Below, one piece after another: positions 12,391 through 25,839 of a stretch of DNA of 64,000 bases; position 1 is the stretch's first letter; every line of letters starts with the position of its first letter. The translations under genes were made by a program, and so were the position numbers. The notes beneath the pieces are model-generated. The model was not told the origin of the DNA and made no database searches. It saw nothing but the letters and a program-made list of their open reading frames with translations. Source of the DNA: Octopus sinensis (lineage: Eukaryota); the NCBI RefSeq assembly GCF_006345805.1, contig NC_043014.1, positions 19,964,001-20,028,000 on the forward strand, read 5' to 3'.

Positions 12391-14419
12391 AAATAGATAT
12401 TACTGCTAGAAGTTAATGTACTTCGATCTTTGATTACATAAGCTAATCAATTCCTCATCTCTAAAAATGCTCTGTACTATGCCATCACGCCTGAGCATAG
12501 CGAATCATTATCCCACTTATCGCAGTTAATACCAAACGTTCACATACAGCAAAACCTACTTAACATTCTGGACTACGTCACACTACAAATCTACTTGCTG
12601 GAACTCAACTAATTCTATGACACTGTCCATTGCATAACGTGCTTCACACTCGATCCGTCAGTATCGGCAGGCTAGTTTTGAAGTGTGTATGTGAGTATAT
12701 GTCCTCTTTCAAATCTCCACATACAACTGAAGCTCATACAGCCAACCCCGCCTCAATGGCTTCTATTTGGCTTCTAGACGGCAAAAATTACGGTCTTGTG
12801 CTTTGAGACATTCTCATCCACATTTACAAACTGAATTCCGCTTACTCTACACGGTAACTCCTGCAAGTCCATTATCCTAACCCTGATGAATAAGCTTTGT
12901 CAACCACTTGTCTTTTCGATCGGTGACTTCACGAACATATTATTGTGAGGTGTAGCAACGGAGTTCTCATTTATACATACTCTGTCAAGTCTGGGCGGTC
13001 CAGATATACTCTTTCTATTATTTATGTTTATGCAATATGGATACAGTTCGATTTAGATGTAACTTGACCTCAGACATAGTGCACTGTAAAGTCAAAATGT
13101 CAGGTGGATTAAGAACTGTCTACTGATTAATTGATTGTCTGTTACCGATGGAGTATCATTCTTATCATTGTTGCTGATTAACTCAGGTTAACACAGTAAA
13201 ATTAAATCTGGTTAAGCATGAATTCGTACAATACCTAACACTGATATGCCTGAATTTACGAGGCATATATGATGTGTTAGCTTTCTTAAATGCCTTTAAT
13301 GTATCAAACATGAAATGGTAATTCCAGATCATATGTCATTGCAATTATCTTCACCATTTGATCAACATACCAACAACAGAACACTGACAATTCTTACCAT
13401 TGGAAACACGAAACAAATAATTAAGTACACCGTTCTTTACAAATTACATTATTAAGAGACTGGAAACGTATCATTAAATTATTCAGTCATATAATCAAAA
13501 ATATTTTCTATCATACAAATTTTAATCCACAACTTATGAACATGGTAATAACACACCGTTAACACATTGAAAACAACTTAATAATATGGTATTAAGAGCC
13601 CAGTAATACTATAGAGATGTACAAATAGTATGGAAACAACACCAACACATAACTATATAACCAAAATCACTAAGACAAATACATTATGCGCTCATATAAA
13701 ACATGTAGATTCCGATACGTGGTGTGTAAATATGCTAGAATAGCAACCAAATCTCGCTCAAGCCTCACCTCAATTTTGAATTTAAAAGGACACAGATAAT
13801 ATAGTTCAATACATAGTAATTTGAAATATATATATATATATAAATACAAGGTGTTCATAAATTGTCTTTACATTATGTAAAGCCCAAGTTAAAAAGTATT
13901 CTGATGTTTCTTATAAAAGGTCATTTGCTAATAGACTCTGATGAGTTATCCGTGCTTTTCATTTTTCTTTTCTCTGAATTTTAAAAATTGTAGAGGTAAT
14001 TTCTGAACACCGTGTATATACGCAAATGTTCAAGTATATACACGCATATTTGAATACCTATTATCATACTGTTATCATGATGCATTAAGACTGACCTTTG
14101 GCAAAATAACCATATTAGCAATAGCAACAAACCCTCTTAACGACACATTGCTAACTTAGCATTGTCCCCTTCCACTAGATACCTTAATAATAAAGAAGGG
14201 ATATTCCGCATGAATCAGCACACTGACATAGCCACCAAAAACACACCATAACATAAAGCTCTGTTGTTACTATGTAATATGCTGTGGTATATCGACATTG
14301 GAGAAGTTTATACTTAGTTGCTTGACCCGCTAAAAATATATTACGTCCTAGTGTTTTAAATAAGAAAAAATACCAAAGGGAATAATAATTTGTAATTTAA
14401 GTACATAGTTACCAATGTG

Positions 14420-14595
14420 GGCCGAAGAGACAGTCGATTAAGTTTATCCGAGTACTTGACTGGTACTATATTTTATCGAACCTTCAAGGATGAGAAATAT
14501 ATCTGACCACGATGTGATTTGAACTTGGAGCATTAAGAACCGGAATAAAAACCGATACACTAACGCGTTTTCCAAACTATTACCACTTCCCCTGA
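14420..14595 (-). mobile_element. SINE family C, old decayed copy
   Basis: gactggtactatattttatcgaaccttcaaggatgag...gatttgaacttggagc resembles the family C body. Confidence 0.55.
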
Positions 14596-15104
14596 ATAGT
14601 AAATCAACCATACCAAGATGATGCAAGGTGATCACGGTGGGAATGTCTCTGATCATAAAGTTTGCTTGATCAGTTATGACCAAGAGGGAGTTAGATAATA
14701 TCAACCTTCTATCTATATACTGAAACACATCCACAACACAATGCTAACTGCCCACCGGTTGTATTCAGTTGGTGATGTGCTATCTGTAGGTTGGTTTTGG
14801 TGAGTTCATGACATGTAATGTCACGATTGTCACAGTATCACTGGTCAGTCTCTACAACATTATCACACATATAGACCATCAAAGTAAGGGCTGGAGTTTC
14901 CTCAACCTGATGGGCAGTTTTCTAGGAGACTGAGACCGATGACAACATTCTCAGTACAGGATCTCCAAGCTTATCCTGCGGTTGACCCGGGTTGCAAAAT
15001 TTCAGCACAAGGCCAGCAATTCTGAGGTACAAAGGCCACTCCTGCGCCTATATAAATATGTGTATGTGTGCGTGAGTGCATGTGTGTGCGTATGTGTGTG
15101 TAGG

Positions 15105-15265
15105 GAAGACATTTTTCGATTTCCGTCTACCAAATCCGCTCACAAGGCTTTGCTCTGCCTGAGGCTATAGTAGAAGACACTTGCCAAAAATGCTACAGAG
15201 TGAGACTGAACCCGGAACCATGTGGTTGAAAAGAAAATTACCCACCACACAGCCACATCTTTGCC

Positions 15266-15266
<1 letters not shown>
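15105..15266 (-). mobile_element. SINE family A, 5' half
   Basis: tttccgtctaccaaatccgctcacaaggc...gactgaacccggaaccatgtggttg...cacacagccac. Confidence 0.85.
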
Positions 15267-15297
<31 letters not shown>

Positions 15298-16179
15298 GAA
15301 AGAAATAGAGATAGATAGATATAAAAATAGATATAAGTACGTGCATGCGTGCGTGTGTGTGAGTGTGTGAGTGTGTGAGTGCGTGTGTGCGTGCTTGTGT
15401 TGCTTATCTGCATTCATGTTTGTTTTTATATAAAATCAAAACTGTCAATTAACAATGCAAAAATGAATAGTATTGTATAAAAAGCCACCTTAGCCTTTTA
15501 GTAACATTTAAATCGATAAAATAATTAGCAGCCTAACATAATTATTATGTTCGACCACAGACTTCTGACGGCAATGCTCCAGCATGATCGCAGTCCTCTG
15601 ATTGAAACCAGAAACAAATAAAAGAGTAAATGGCACTGTATACAATCGTAAACAACGCGCTACCTGTGTATCTTCAGCGTTAAATAGTATCCTTCTCTCC
15701 ACCATTCAACAGAGCGATCAACTGCAATAAAGCAATCGATATACCTTCCACCGATCGATAATTTAGTCTCTGCAGTCGCTGCAGTCGCTGCAACACCATA
15801 CGCTAATGTGTGGGAATAGCAACGACAGTTAGAGTACTGCACAATGGTGCAGCATTGATGAAGTACTTAACAGCCGCTATACAGCAATTTCGTGGAAGGA
15901 ATATGCATTGATTGATACTTAGAGCGTGTCATTTGGTACATAATTTCACTGTAATAATAGCAGTTATTCAACTTATGTCAGGAAAGTTACGTTACTGTAC
16001 AGACATACTGACTGCTGCTGCTGCGGCGGATGCTGCTGTCGTCGTTGTTGCTCCTGTTGCTTTTGTCACTGCTGTTGTAGCTGGGTGTAGAGTCTTTGCA
16101 AAGATTTGTAACTTCGAAGTCAACCGTAAGGTATACAATGAATATATGCATGTTTGTTTGCCGAAGGTATCCAGATGAA

Positions 16180-16186
16180 GTAATAC

Positions 16187-16226
<40 letters not shown>

Positions 16227-16291
16227 TAATAATAATATAATAATAATAATAACAACAACAACAATAATAATAATGATAACGATAATAATAT

Positions 16292-16334
<43 letters not shown>

Positions 16335-16342
16335 AATAATAT

Positions 16343-16374
<32 letters not shown>

Positions 16375-16543
16375 ATAATAATAATAATAATGATGATGAT
16401 GATGATGAATGAATGTCTTTAATGTTATTCTTTGTGTCTAATAATAATAATAATAATAATAATATAATAATAATAATATAATAATAATATAATAATGATG
16501 ATGATGATGATGAATGAATGTCTTTAATGTTATTCTTTGTGTC

Positions 16544-16593
<50 letters not shown>

Positions 16594-16616
16594 TAATAAT
16601 ATAATAATAATAATAA
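16180..16616. repeat. (TAA)n/(TTA)n compound tract with two embedded ~33-bp retroelement tails
   Basis: gaatgaatgtctttaatgttattctttgtgtct occurs at about 16407-16440 and 16513-16546, each time between (TGA)n and (TAA)n. Confidence 0.85.
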
Positions 16617-18759
16617 CAACTGCTAATCAATCGTATGATCCTTGAGAACTGTCACAACACAACTGCTAATCAATCGTATGATCCTTGAGAACTATCACAA
16701 CAAGCGCAGAAATCTCAGCACCGCATGGATTGACTATAAAAAGGCCTTCGACATTATACCGCATCCATGGATCTTGAGATCGCTGGACATCTTCAAAATT
16801 TCCCCTGTGATTTCAAACTTCCTGAAGCACAATATGTCGTTCTGGAATACGAATCTCCAATTATACCACTCTAATGGAGTACTTGCCTCAGAAAATATAA
16901 ACATCAACTGTGGAATTTTTCAAGGTGACTCAATTTCACCTTTAATATTCTGCATAGCCCTAATACCCCTTACAAGTGAATTAATCAGAACAGGGTATGG
17001 GTATAAAATTGCCAATAAAAAAATAAGCCATCTATTTTATATGGATGACTTAAAACTTTATGGTAAAGACAATAATGAACTTGAAGGCCTATTGCGCACC
17101 GTGAAAGCATTCAGCGATGACATCGGGATGGAGTTTGGACTTGAGAAGTGTGCCAAGGCCACTTTCCAGAAAGGGAAAGTGAAGACCACAAATTCAGTCG
17201 TGTTAGATGTTGACACAGTCATAAGAGAGCTTGAGCAAGAACAAACATACAAATATTTAGGGATAAATGAAGGCTCTGGTATTCAGCATGCAAGCATGAA
17301 AGAGAAAATCAGGAAGGAATGTTATAGGAGAGTTCGTGCAGTCCTGAAATCTGAACTAAATGCACGTAATAAGGTGTTAGCTATAAATTCCTTAGCAGTT
17401 CCAGTTGTTACTTATAGCTACAATGTGTTGAACTGGAATATGAGTGAAGTAAAGAATATAGATAGAAAAATACGCAAGCTGCTGAGTTGTAATAGGATGC
17501 ACCACCCAAAGGCAGACGTAGATCGCCTTTACCTTCCCAGAGCCCAAGGAGGTCGAGGCCTGATCCAATTTGAACTAGCTTACAAAACAACCACAATTGG
17601 ACTGGCCAAATATCTTGAAATATCGAATGACTGGATACTAAAGCTCGTGGAAATCACGAGAGACGAAAGAAGCTTCATTCTATCATAAAGGAAAGCAAAA
17701 AATTTGCTATTGATCTCGTGCAGGATACCCAAACTGAACAACCCGAGGGAAGTACGGCAACTATTGTTGCAAAGAAGGTGAAAATGATGGCAATGAAAAA
17801 AGCGCACGAGCAATTGGCTGATAGGTGGGAGGAGAAACCTCTGCACGGCAAATATGTGACCCGCAGCAAACAAGCTGATGTTGACCAGAAGCAAACCCAT
17901 CAGTGACTGCGGAGCTCAGGGCTAAAAGCAGAGAGCGAAGGTTTCATCCTGGCTGCTCAAGACCAAAGCCTATTAACCCGGAACTACCAGGCCAATGTGA
18001 TGAAAAATGGAGCAGACCCAAAATGCCGATTCTGCAACGACATGATTGAAACAGTGGACCACCTAATCTCTGGATGTAAAGTCTTAGCACCAGTGGAGTA
18101 TAAATTTAGACATGACAGAGTTGGCCAATATCTCCACTGGCTAATAAGTCGGCATTACAATATCAAAACTGCCGACAAGTGGTATAATCACCACCCTGAG
18201 GCTGTAACTGAAGGAGAAAATGTAACCATTCTGTGGGACTTTCCAGTACATACAGACCGAACCATCAAGGCCAATAAACCAGATATTGTTGTGAAAGACC
18301 AAAACAATAAAGTTTGCTTATTGATCGACATGAGCATCCCCTGTGATCATAATATCTCAGCGAAAGAGTTTGACAAGCTCAGAAAATATAAAGACCTACT
18401 CATTGAAATTGAGAAAATGTGGCATCTCAAGGCGGTTACAATACCAGTGATCGTAGGAGCACTAGGAATGATCAAGAAGGGAACCTAAAATTATATGAGA
18501 ATGATCCCTGGCTTACCATCCCTGCAAGAAGTGCAAAAGATTGTCTTAACTGGTACATTACACATATTGAGAAGAGCGTTGTCGATGTGAGAATTGTTGC
18601 TGCTCATGTATTTTAATTTAACTTTAAAAAAAAAAAAAATGAACGAACTACTGAGTTTGGTTTAATGGCCTACCAATATACACTATGAGTTTCTTTGCCC
18701 TAGGAGTCGGGAAGACACTCGGCAAGAAATGGAAGAAAATTTGAATGAAGAAAAAAAAA

Positions 18760-18770
<11 letters not shown>
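16617..18770 (+). mobile_element. 5'-truncated R4/Dong-like non-LTR retrotransposon (RT, CCHC zinc knuckle, RLE), inactivated
   Basis: ORF 16642-17688 has WIDYKKAFD, GIFQGDSISPLIF, HLFYMDDLKLY and YKYLG. ORF 17997-18488 has CRFCNDMIETVDHLISGC, LWDFPVHTDRTIKANKPDIVV, LIDMSIP and KY. There are frameshifts near 17685 and 18485, a stop at 17904-17906, and (TAA)n on both sides. Confidence 0.95.
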
Positions 18771-18824
<54 letters not shown>

Positions 18825-19039
18825 TGCTGTAGTTCTATATTTAAGAGATGTGGAATTATGTACATTATTTACATTATTTACAATTGACGGATATACGCCA
18901 TATGCCCACGGATATATGGCGTAGTGGTTAAGAATGACAACGACAGGTTGTGATTGTTCAGAAGAATGCATTGGAGAGATGTGATCAGTTGCCAGGACTG
19001 TATGGAAGCAGAGAAAAACAGCCTATGATGTAAATAAAA

Positions 19040-19976
19040 AATGCCGTGAAGCCACTGTTGAAACACATGAACGTCGGCGTCATCAAAACTGAAAATTGTG
19101 CAATAACAAAATATGGACTAAAAAATGAAGAAGAAGCATGAAAGGAAAAGAAAATGTACGGTCAGTTTGCAAGAGATATGAACTCCAAGACAGATACAGA
19201 GGACCAGTGACTATGGATGAGAAGGAGTGATCTGAAGATTGAGACAGAAGCACTCATATGATCATCTCATGAACATGCTTTAAGGAGCAATTATATGAAG
19301 TGCAGGATAGACAACGCTACCGAGAGCGACAAACGTAGAACGAGTGGTGAGAGGGATGAAACAGCATGGCACATCATTAGCGAATGCCCGAAATCGGCAC
19401 AACGAAATACAAAGGACGCCTGAATAATGAAGCAAGAATGATCCATTGGAAGTTCTGTGGAAATCTCGGCATACAAAGAGCAAAAACGTGGTATGAGCAA
19501 ACTCCTGGAGCCACCGAAAAATGAGAACTACAAAATCCTGTTGGATGCAATGATCCAGTACGATCACCTGACCAGACAACAGAAAACGGACATTGCTGTG
19601 ATGAATAGAAAATAAAGAATATGTATATTAATCGACATAGCATGCCCCGGTGACAACAGGATCAATGTGAGCGAAGAAAAAAGGAACAAGAGGATTTGAA
19701 GAGTGAAATACGAAGGCTGTGATCAATCAAGAGAGTAGACGTGATACCAATAGTTATCGGAGCACTTGGAAGTATCAATACTCACTTTCAACATGGCTGA
19801 AAAAAATTGGCGCAAGTGTGAGGGAAGAACACCTACAAAAATCGGCATTCCTTGGAACTGAAAAGATTTTCGCAGGGTTCTTGAAGCATGACCAGTAAAC
19901 AAGCGTCACCTAAGTCTGCTGACTGTGGACAGCTGACGCTTTCCATCATACCCAGCAAAATAGATTGTGAGTTTTC

Positions 19977-19978
<2 letters not shown>
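19040..19978 (+). mobile_element. R4/Dong-like LINE 3' fragment (second subfamily), degraded
   Basis: Frameshifted translation gives KMYGQF, DLKIETEALI, ETAWHIISECPK, ENENYKIL, LIDIACPGDNRI and VIPIVIGALG. It ends in (TAA)n at 19979-20030. Confidence 0.88.
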
Positions 19979-20030
<52 letters not shown>

Positions 20031-20745
20031 GTGGATAAAGATGAGAATGCATGGAAATTTCATAGATAAGACAGAGAAAAATGATGGCAATGGATGACTA
20101 AATGTGATTTAAAACCGGAAATGGTGACTCTCATCTGTGCCGCCCAAGAGCAAGCATTAAGAACCAATTACATAAAATACAGAATAGACAACATATCATA
20201 AAGTAATGAATGCAGAATTTACGGACATAATAGTGAAACCGTATAGCATATTACCTGTCAACATACGCTGTTAGCCTAGAAAGAATATAAGAGACGTCAT
20301 GACAATATAGTAAGGATTCTCCATTGGACACTTTGCAACAAGTATAGACTTGAGAGAGTAAAATGTGGTAGGAACATAAAGTCGAAGGCATCATCGAAAA
20401 GGATAATGCAAGGAGCCTAAGGGATTTTATGATTCAGTGCAACCATGAGATAGAGAACAGGAAACCAGGCACAGTGTTAAATGAGAAAGAAAGCAAACGA
20501 TGCTGTATCATAGATATAGCATGCCCAGCTGACAACAAGGTATGCGATAAGGAAGAAAGAAAAGTCGAGAGATATAGCTAGTTAGCTTGGGAGGTTAAGC
20601 AGTTGTGGTCTCTAAAATAGGTGGTAGTACTACCAATAATCGTTGGAGCCCCAGGAACAGTGAGTAAAAATCTTGAGAAGTACATGGAACAAATAGGGGC
20701 TGCAATAAGGTTGGGAAACTTGCGGAAAACAGCATGTGTGTTCCT
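20031..20745 (+). mobile_element. R4/Dong-like LINE 3' fragment, same subfamily as 8416-8866
   Basis: MHGNF, LICAAQEQALRTNYIKYRID, RRHDNIVRILHW, DFMIQCNHEIENRKP and IIDIACPADNKVCDKEERKVE. The DNA is closely similar to 8430-8730 and begins directly after the preceding TAA tail. Confidence 0.88.
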
Positions 20746-21179
20746 AGTTAGAGAGGAAATACTTCTATTTATATAATACTTATCAAGTTTAATGTTATTT
20801 GAAGATGATATATTCTAAATAAGGTTTAGTAATATAAAATCTTATACTTATTGAATTATTATTAATTATGGGCCTGTTGTTCCCAGGAGTAAAATGTTTA
20901 TCTATTATTGAACGAATAACATGTATTTTCTTCCATAAGATGAAATAAGCCAAACTATATTATCATTATTATTATTATCATCATCATCATCATTATTATT
21001 ATTATTATTATTATTATATTATTATTATTATATTATTATTATTATTATTACTATCACTATTATTATTATTGTAACTATCTGAATGATGGTTTTTTTATTA
21101 GTATTGTTATACTTATTGATTTGAAGTATAGTTTCAATCATATCTATAGACAAGTTACAATATATCTCGTTGACTGTCT

Positions 21180-22260
21180 GGTGGCTGTCTTTTCAAATTT
21201 AATTAATCCAATGCGGAATTATAATAGTCCTTATTCATTTTAAAGATATCTTTGTTAGATGAAAGGTAATTAATTCTACGTTGTATATTTTAAACTAAAT
21301 ACTTTGTAATTATTTGAAGATGATTACTATTATAATTAATATATGTTAGTTTAGAATTAGGTTTATGATATGGTGAGTGGTTTACTGTGAGTATGCTCAT
21401 TTTCTCTAGAAATTTTCAGGCCAAACTTATTGAAGAATCTATGAATATTTTTCGTACAATTTTCTAATTTTCTATTGCGAATAGATTTAATTTTAAATAA
21501 TGCATCGTCTCTATATAAACCTCCGGCTATTTTTGGAAATTCATTATTGAACTTATCAGAATATAAATACCTACAATGCCAGTGACCTGGGCTGAATCAG
21601 TGGAGCCCATAGGTATATCAAATTAGTCGGGTGCATTCTCTCTAGCCCAGTATTTTTGGTCAAATTTGATTAATCATTTTCTAGCAGTGAGAATGATATT
21701 GATTTCTTTGCGAGACAAACTAGTGTCACCCATAGCAAATATTCGGGCATTATTTAATACTATGGTGTTTATAGATGAATAATAATTATTAATATCTTCC
21801 TGTATAAATCTATGTTTATCCTTATTATGTATTCGACCAAACCAATTTATAGCTTCTTGTATACTAAACCAGAGCTCTAATTTTAATTTATTCTTAAGTT
21901 GGATTATATGTTTGTTTAAAATTATTTTAATTAATTTGCCTATTTTGATTTTGCTGAGCAAATAATTCTAACTTTAGGGTCGGTAAAAAAATTTGGTTTA
22001 TGGACCTTAAGAGATAATCTAGGTTTAAGAGAGAAAATTCAGTCGGGTCATCAATATTGTATTGTGTAATTATTTTTTTACAGTCAATGTTAATATATTT
22101 AAGAATGTTCCATTTATACTTATTTTTATAGGTATATATTTTAATCTTTTAATTTGCATTAGTTTTCCATATTAGTGTAATATAAATAAAATAAGCCAAG
22201 CGTCTTTTCAATTTTTCTTCTCCATTTTCTTTTATTGACTTTTTAATTTTATGAGACTGT
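21180..22260 (-). mobile_element. Penelope-like element RT relic (YRDD type)
   Basis: The minus strand reads KVHKPNFFTDPKVRII, KIGKLIKIIL, WFGRIHNKDKHRFIQEDINNYYSSI, FDIPMGSTDSAQ, GGLYRDDAL (YRDD at 21504-21515) and IQRRINYLSSNKDIF, with several frameshifts. Confidence 0.85.
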
Positions 22261-22543
22261 TTATACATATATATATTGAAGAACTTCCTATCAATAGATT
22301 TAGTTAAACCCAGTTGGCATCAGGATTGTTTTTAGCAACCCCTTACGCGGATATTATCTATCTATGTATACCCTTGTAGACTTATGTAAATATTTGTTTG
22401 TAAGCCTATCATTATATATTCCAACATACCTGTATAAGTATTAAGTTATTAAATATTACGCGTGTGTATGAGTTTTTGTACTGTTATATATGTATATCTA
22501 TATGTTTATGTATGCATGTGCATATCTGTATATATGTAAATAT

Positions 22544-22604
<61 letters not shown>

Positions 22605-24484
22605 TGTATGTATGTATGTATGTATGTATGTATGTATGTATGTATGCATGTATGTAAATATATGTGCATATGTGTATGGGTATCTGAGTATGCATTTATA
22701 TGCATATATACATATATTTTACTCTTTATGTATCTCTATGTATGTAGATACACTTATTAATATATGCCAGTGTATGTATATCTATGTATATGTCTACATG
22801 CGTCCATATGCATGTCTATACACTTTTCTACATTGATGTGTGTACACATGTATATATATGTGTATATATGATACTATTTTTTTAAATAGAAACTTTTAAA
22901 TGTATCCATTCTTTCGCCCAAAAATAATACATACATGTACTAATCTTAATGTAATGTATTGTACTTCCAATTGTTAAATATGCATGATTATTTATATGTA
23001 TCCTCATATATAAAAAATTCATGTTGTGTAGCCGGATACTTATCCCATATGTACATATATATTCCAATATTCCAGTATATAAGTATTCCGGTATATATTA
23101 GTTATACAAAAAAATATCATACACAAGTATTTGATTATGATTTCCTCTATATATACATATACTCATTATTATATAACTTTTTATATATATTTTTAGCAAC
23201 CAAGATTGATAACTATTTTTATGGCCATTTTTATTTCATTTTTTATTCAAATGTTTATAATATATTTAAACAATTTTTAAATATTATAATTCTTATATAT
23301 ATTTGTATATAAAGTATATTTGTTTTTCATAATATAATGATGTCTGTTTATACCTACATCGCCACTATACATTCAGGCCTATGTATATACATTATATATG
23401 TAAATATGCGTACATTGTTACATGTGTTCATTATGTAAGGGCGTCTTTGTGTTACATTTCGTCTATAGGGTGCATATGCACATTATCGTATGTTTCGGTG
23501 TCTGATTATATCTTTGTCCATAACTGTCACTGTATATATTGTATATGTCTATATAGGCAAGTATATACGCATAACTTTTGTTTTACTTGTAGAAAAACCT
23601 TGTTTTATCTTATGTTTACATGTTGAACCGGTATCTAGATGCACAAACCATTACATATAACTATGTAGGAAACAAAAAGAAATTTCAGTGAGCGTATCCA
23701 TCTACATGTAATGACAATATTTTTAATTTTTGCAATCTCCATTGCAGACATAAGCTACGTCATTTTCCCCACCTTATTTATCATCTCGCCTATACTAGTC
23801 AATATTCGAAAATATTTACTTTCTCTTAAATTGTTCTCAAATCTTCTCGATATATTAATTTTTCTATATACCATTCCATAGATGATTTACAGTTTTAGCA
23901 GCGGACATTGATAGTAAAATAACCCCACATCTTCATATTTTATTTATTATTCTTATAATTTTTATATATTTTTATACCGTTTTATTAAGCACCTGTGAGT
24001 ATCTACTATGTTATTGCTTAAATTACTTTCTGTAATACCTCTACTTATCTCCTTCAATAATTCTAATATATTATATACATAAAACATTTTATTATATAGT
24101 TTATATACCTCTAACCATTTATAATTGCTTTTAAACATATTTTTCTAATTTATAAATAAGCCGTATTGATTATTACGTATTGAATATAAATTTCAGTCTC
24201 CAGTATTTAAAATTCCGTGCTTCCTTATTCGATATTCCTTTTCCAACCCCACTAATTCTTATATGAGAGTTTTAAATTAGCACCTTTATACTTATCTATA
24301 GAGAGAAAGTTACGTATATTTCTATACTATATATATCATCACCTAACCGTTAACCGATAGCTGTGTTTTAAATAAACATGACTCGTAGAACAATTACACA
24401 TTACAAAAATTAGTAAGAATACCATACACATGTAATTCTAAAGTCCCCCTTCTTTATTTTGTTTTTATTATTGTTTTCTTATTG

Positions 24485-24564
24485 TGCTAATGATGAGTAC
24501 TTTTTGAGAACTCAGATTCTTAAAATGAATTTATTGTCATTCTATACGAAACGATCGTGTAGCG
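24485..24564 (+). ncRNA. Decayed minimal hammerhead motif
   Basis: tgcta-ATGATGA-gta(45 nt)tac-GAAA-cgatcg-TG-tagcg. Stems I and II and a palindromic stem III are present, but the core C3 is changed to A and the triplet is GUG. Confidence 0.5.
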
Positions 24565-24672
24565 AAATGAATAAAAAATATTTTATTCCATATTAACATC
24601 TAATCTCCTCCGTTTACGAAAAACATGATTGAATTTGTCGAACTTCGTTCTATAACATAATTCATATACTTA

Positions 24673-24766
<94 letters not shown>

Positions 24767-24768
<2 letters not shown>

Positions 24769-25165
24769 TCTTTTACTCTTTTACTTGTTTCAGTCATTTG
24801 ACTGCGGCCATGCTGGAACACCGCCTTTAGTCGAGCAAATCGACCCCGGGACTTATTCTTTGTAAGCCCAGTACTTATTCTATCGGTCTCTTTTGCCGAA
24901 CCGCTAAGTGACGGGGACGTAAACACACTAGCATCGGTTTTCAAGCACTGCTAGAGTGACAAACACAGACACACAAACACATACATACACATACATATAT
25001 ACATATATACGACAGGCTTCTTTCAGTTTCCGTCTACCAAATCCACTCACAAGTCATTGGACGGCCCGGGGCTATAGCAGAAGACATTTGCCCAAGATGC
25101 CACGCAGTGGGACTGAACCCGGAACCATGTGGCTGGTTAGCAAGCTACTTACCACACAGCCACTC

Positions 25166-25168
<3 letters not shown>
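24767..25168 (-). mobile_element. SINE family A, full length
   Basis: Head caggagtggctgtgtggtaagtagcttgctaaccagccacatggttccgggttcagtcccactgcgtggc, internal (TG/TA) microsatellite, and tail cagcatggccgcagtcaaatgactgaaacaagtaaaagagtaaaagag. Confidence 0.92.
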
Positions 25169-25202
<34 letters not shown>

Positions 25203-25278
25203 CACTGAAAGAGAGAGAGAGAAAGAAAGAGAGACAATACATATTCATGTACATATACATATATGTTTGTTTGGCTTC

Positions 25279-25456
25279 ACAGGCGTAGTTGTGTGGCAAG
25301 AAGCTTGCTTCTAAGCGAAAAGGTTCTGGGTTCAGTCCCACTGCGTGTCACTTTGGGTGACTGTTTTCTATTATAGCCTCGGGACGACCTAAGACTTGTG
25401 GATTGATCTGGTAGACGAAAACTGAAAGAAGCCCGCCGTATATGTGTGTCTATATG

Positions 25457-25489
<33 letters not shown>

Positions 25490-25685
25490 TTGTGTCTGTT
25501 CCTGTCCTCATTACCGCTTGACAACCGGTGTTGGTATGTTTACATCCCCGTAACTCATCGGTTCGGCAAAGGAGAACAGTAGACTAAGTTCTAGGCTTAA
25601 AAAAGAAATACTTGTGTTGATTTCCTCGACTAAAAGCCTTCAGTCTAGTTCTATTCAAATGACTGGAGCAGATAAAAGATAAAAA
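25279..25685 (+). mobile_element. SINE family A, full length, older
   Basis: Same head/microsatellite/tail organisation, in opposite orientation to the copy at 24767. Confidence 0.88.
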
Positions 25686-25839
25686 TTAATAACATATACT
25701 TCAGATTTGTGACACGCCTTTAATTTTGTCTACGAGTCTCTTGAACTTACCCGCACATAGTACATACACTCTCACAAATACACATATACATTAACGTTCA
25801 GACACACGTGTGTATTTATGTATGTATATATGTATATGT

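Noticed and set aside
13935-13970. CTGATGA heptamer (also at about 12884)
   Set aside because: There is no downstream GAAA and no stems.
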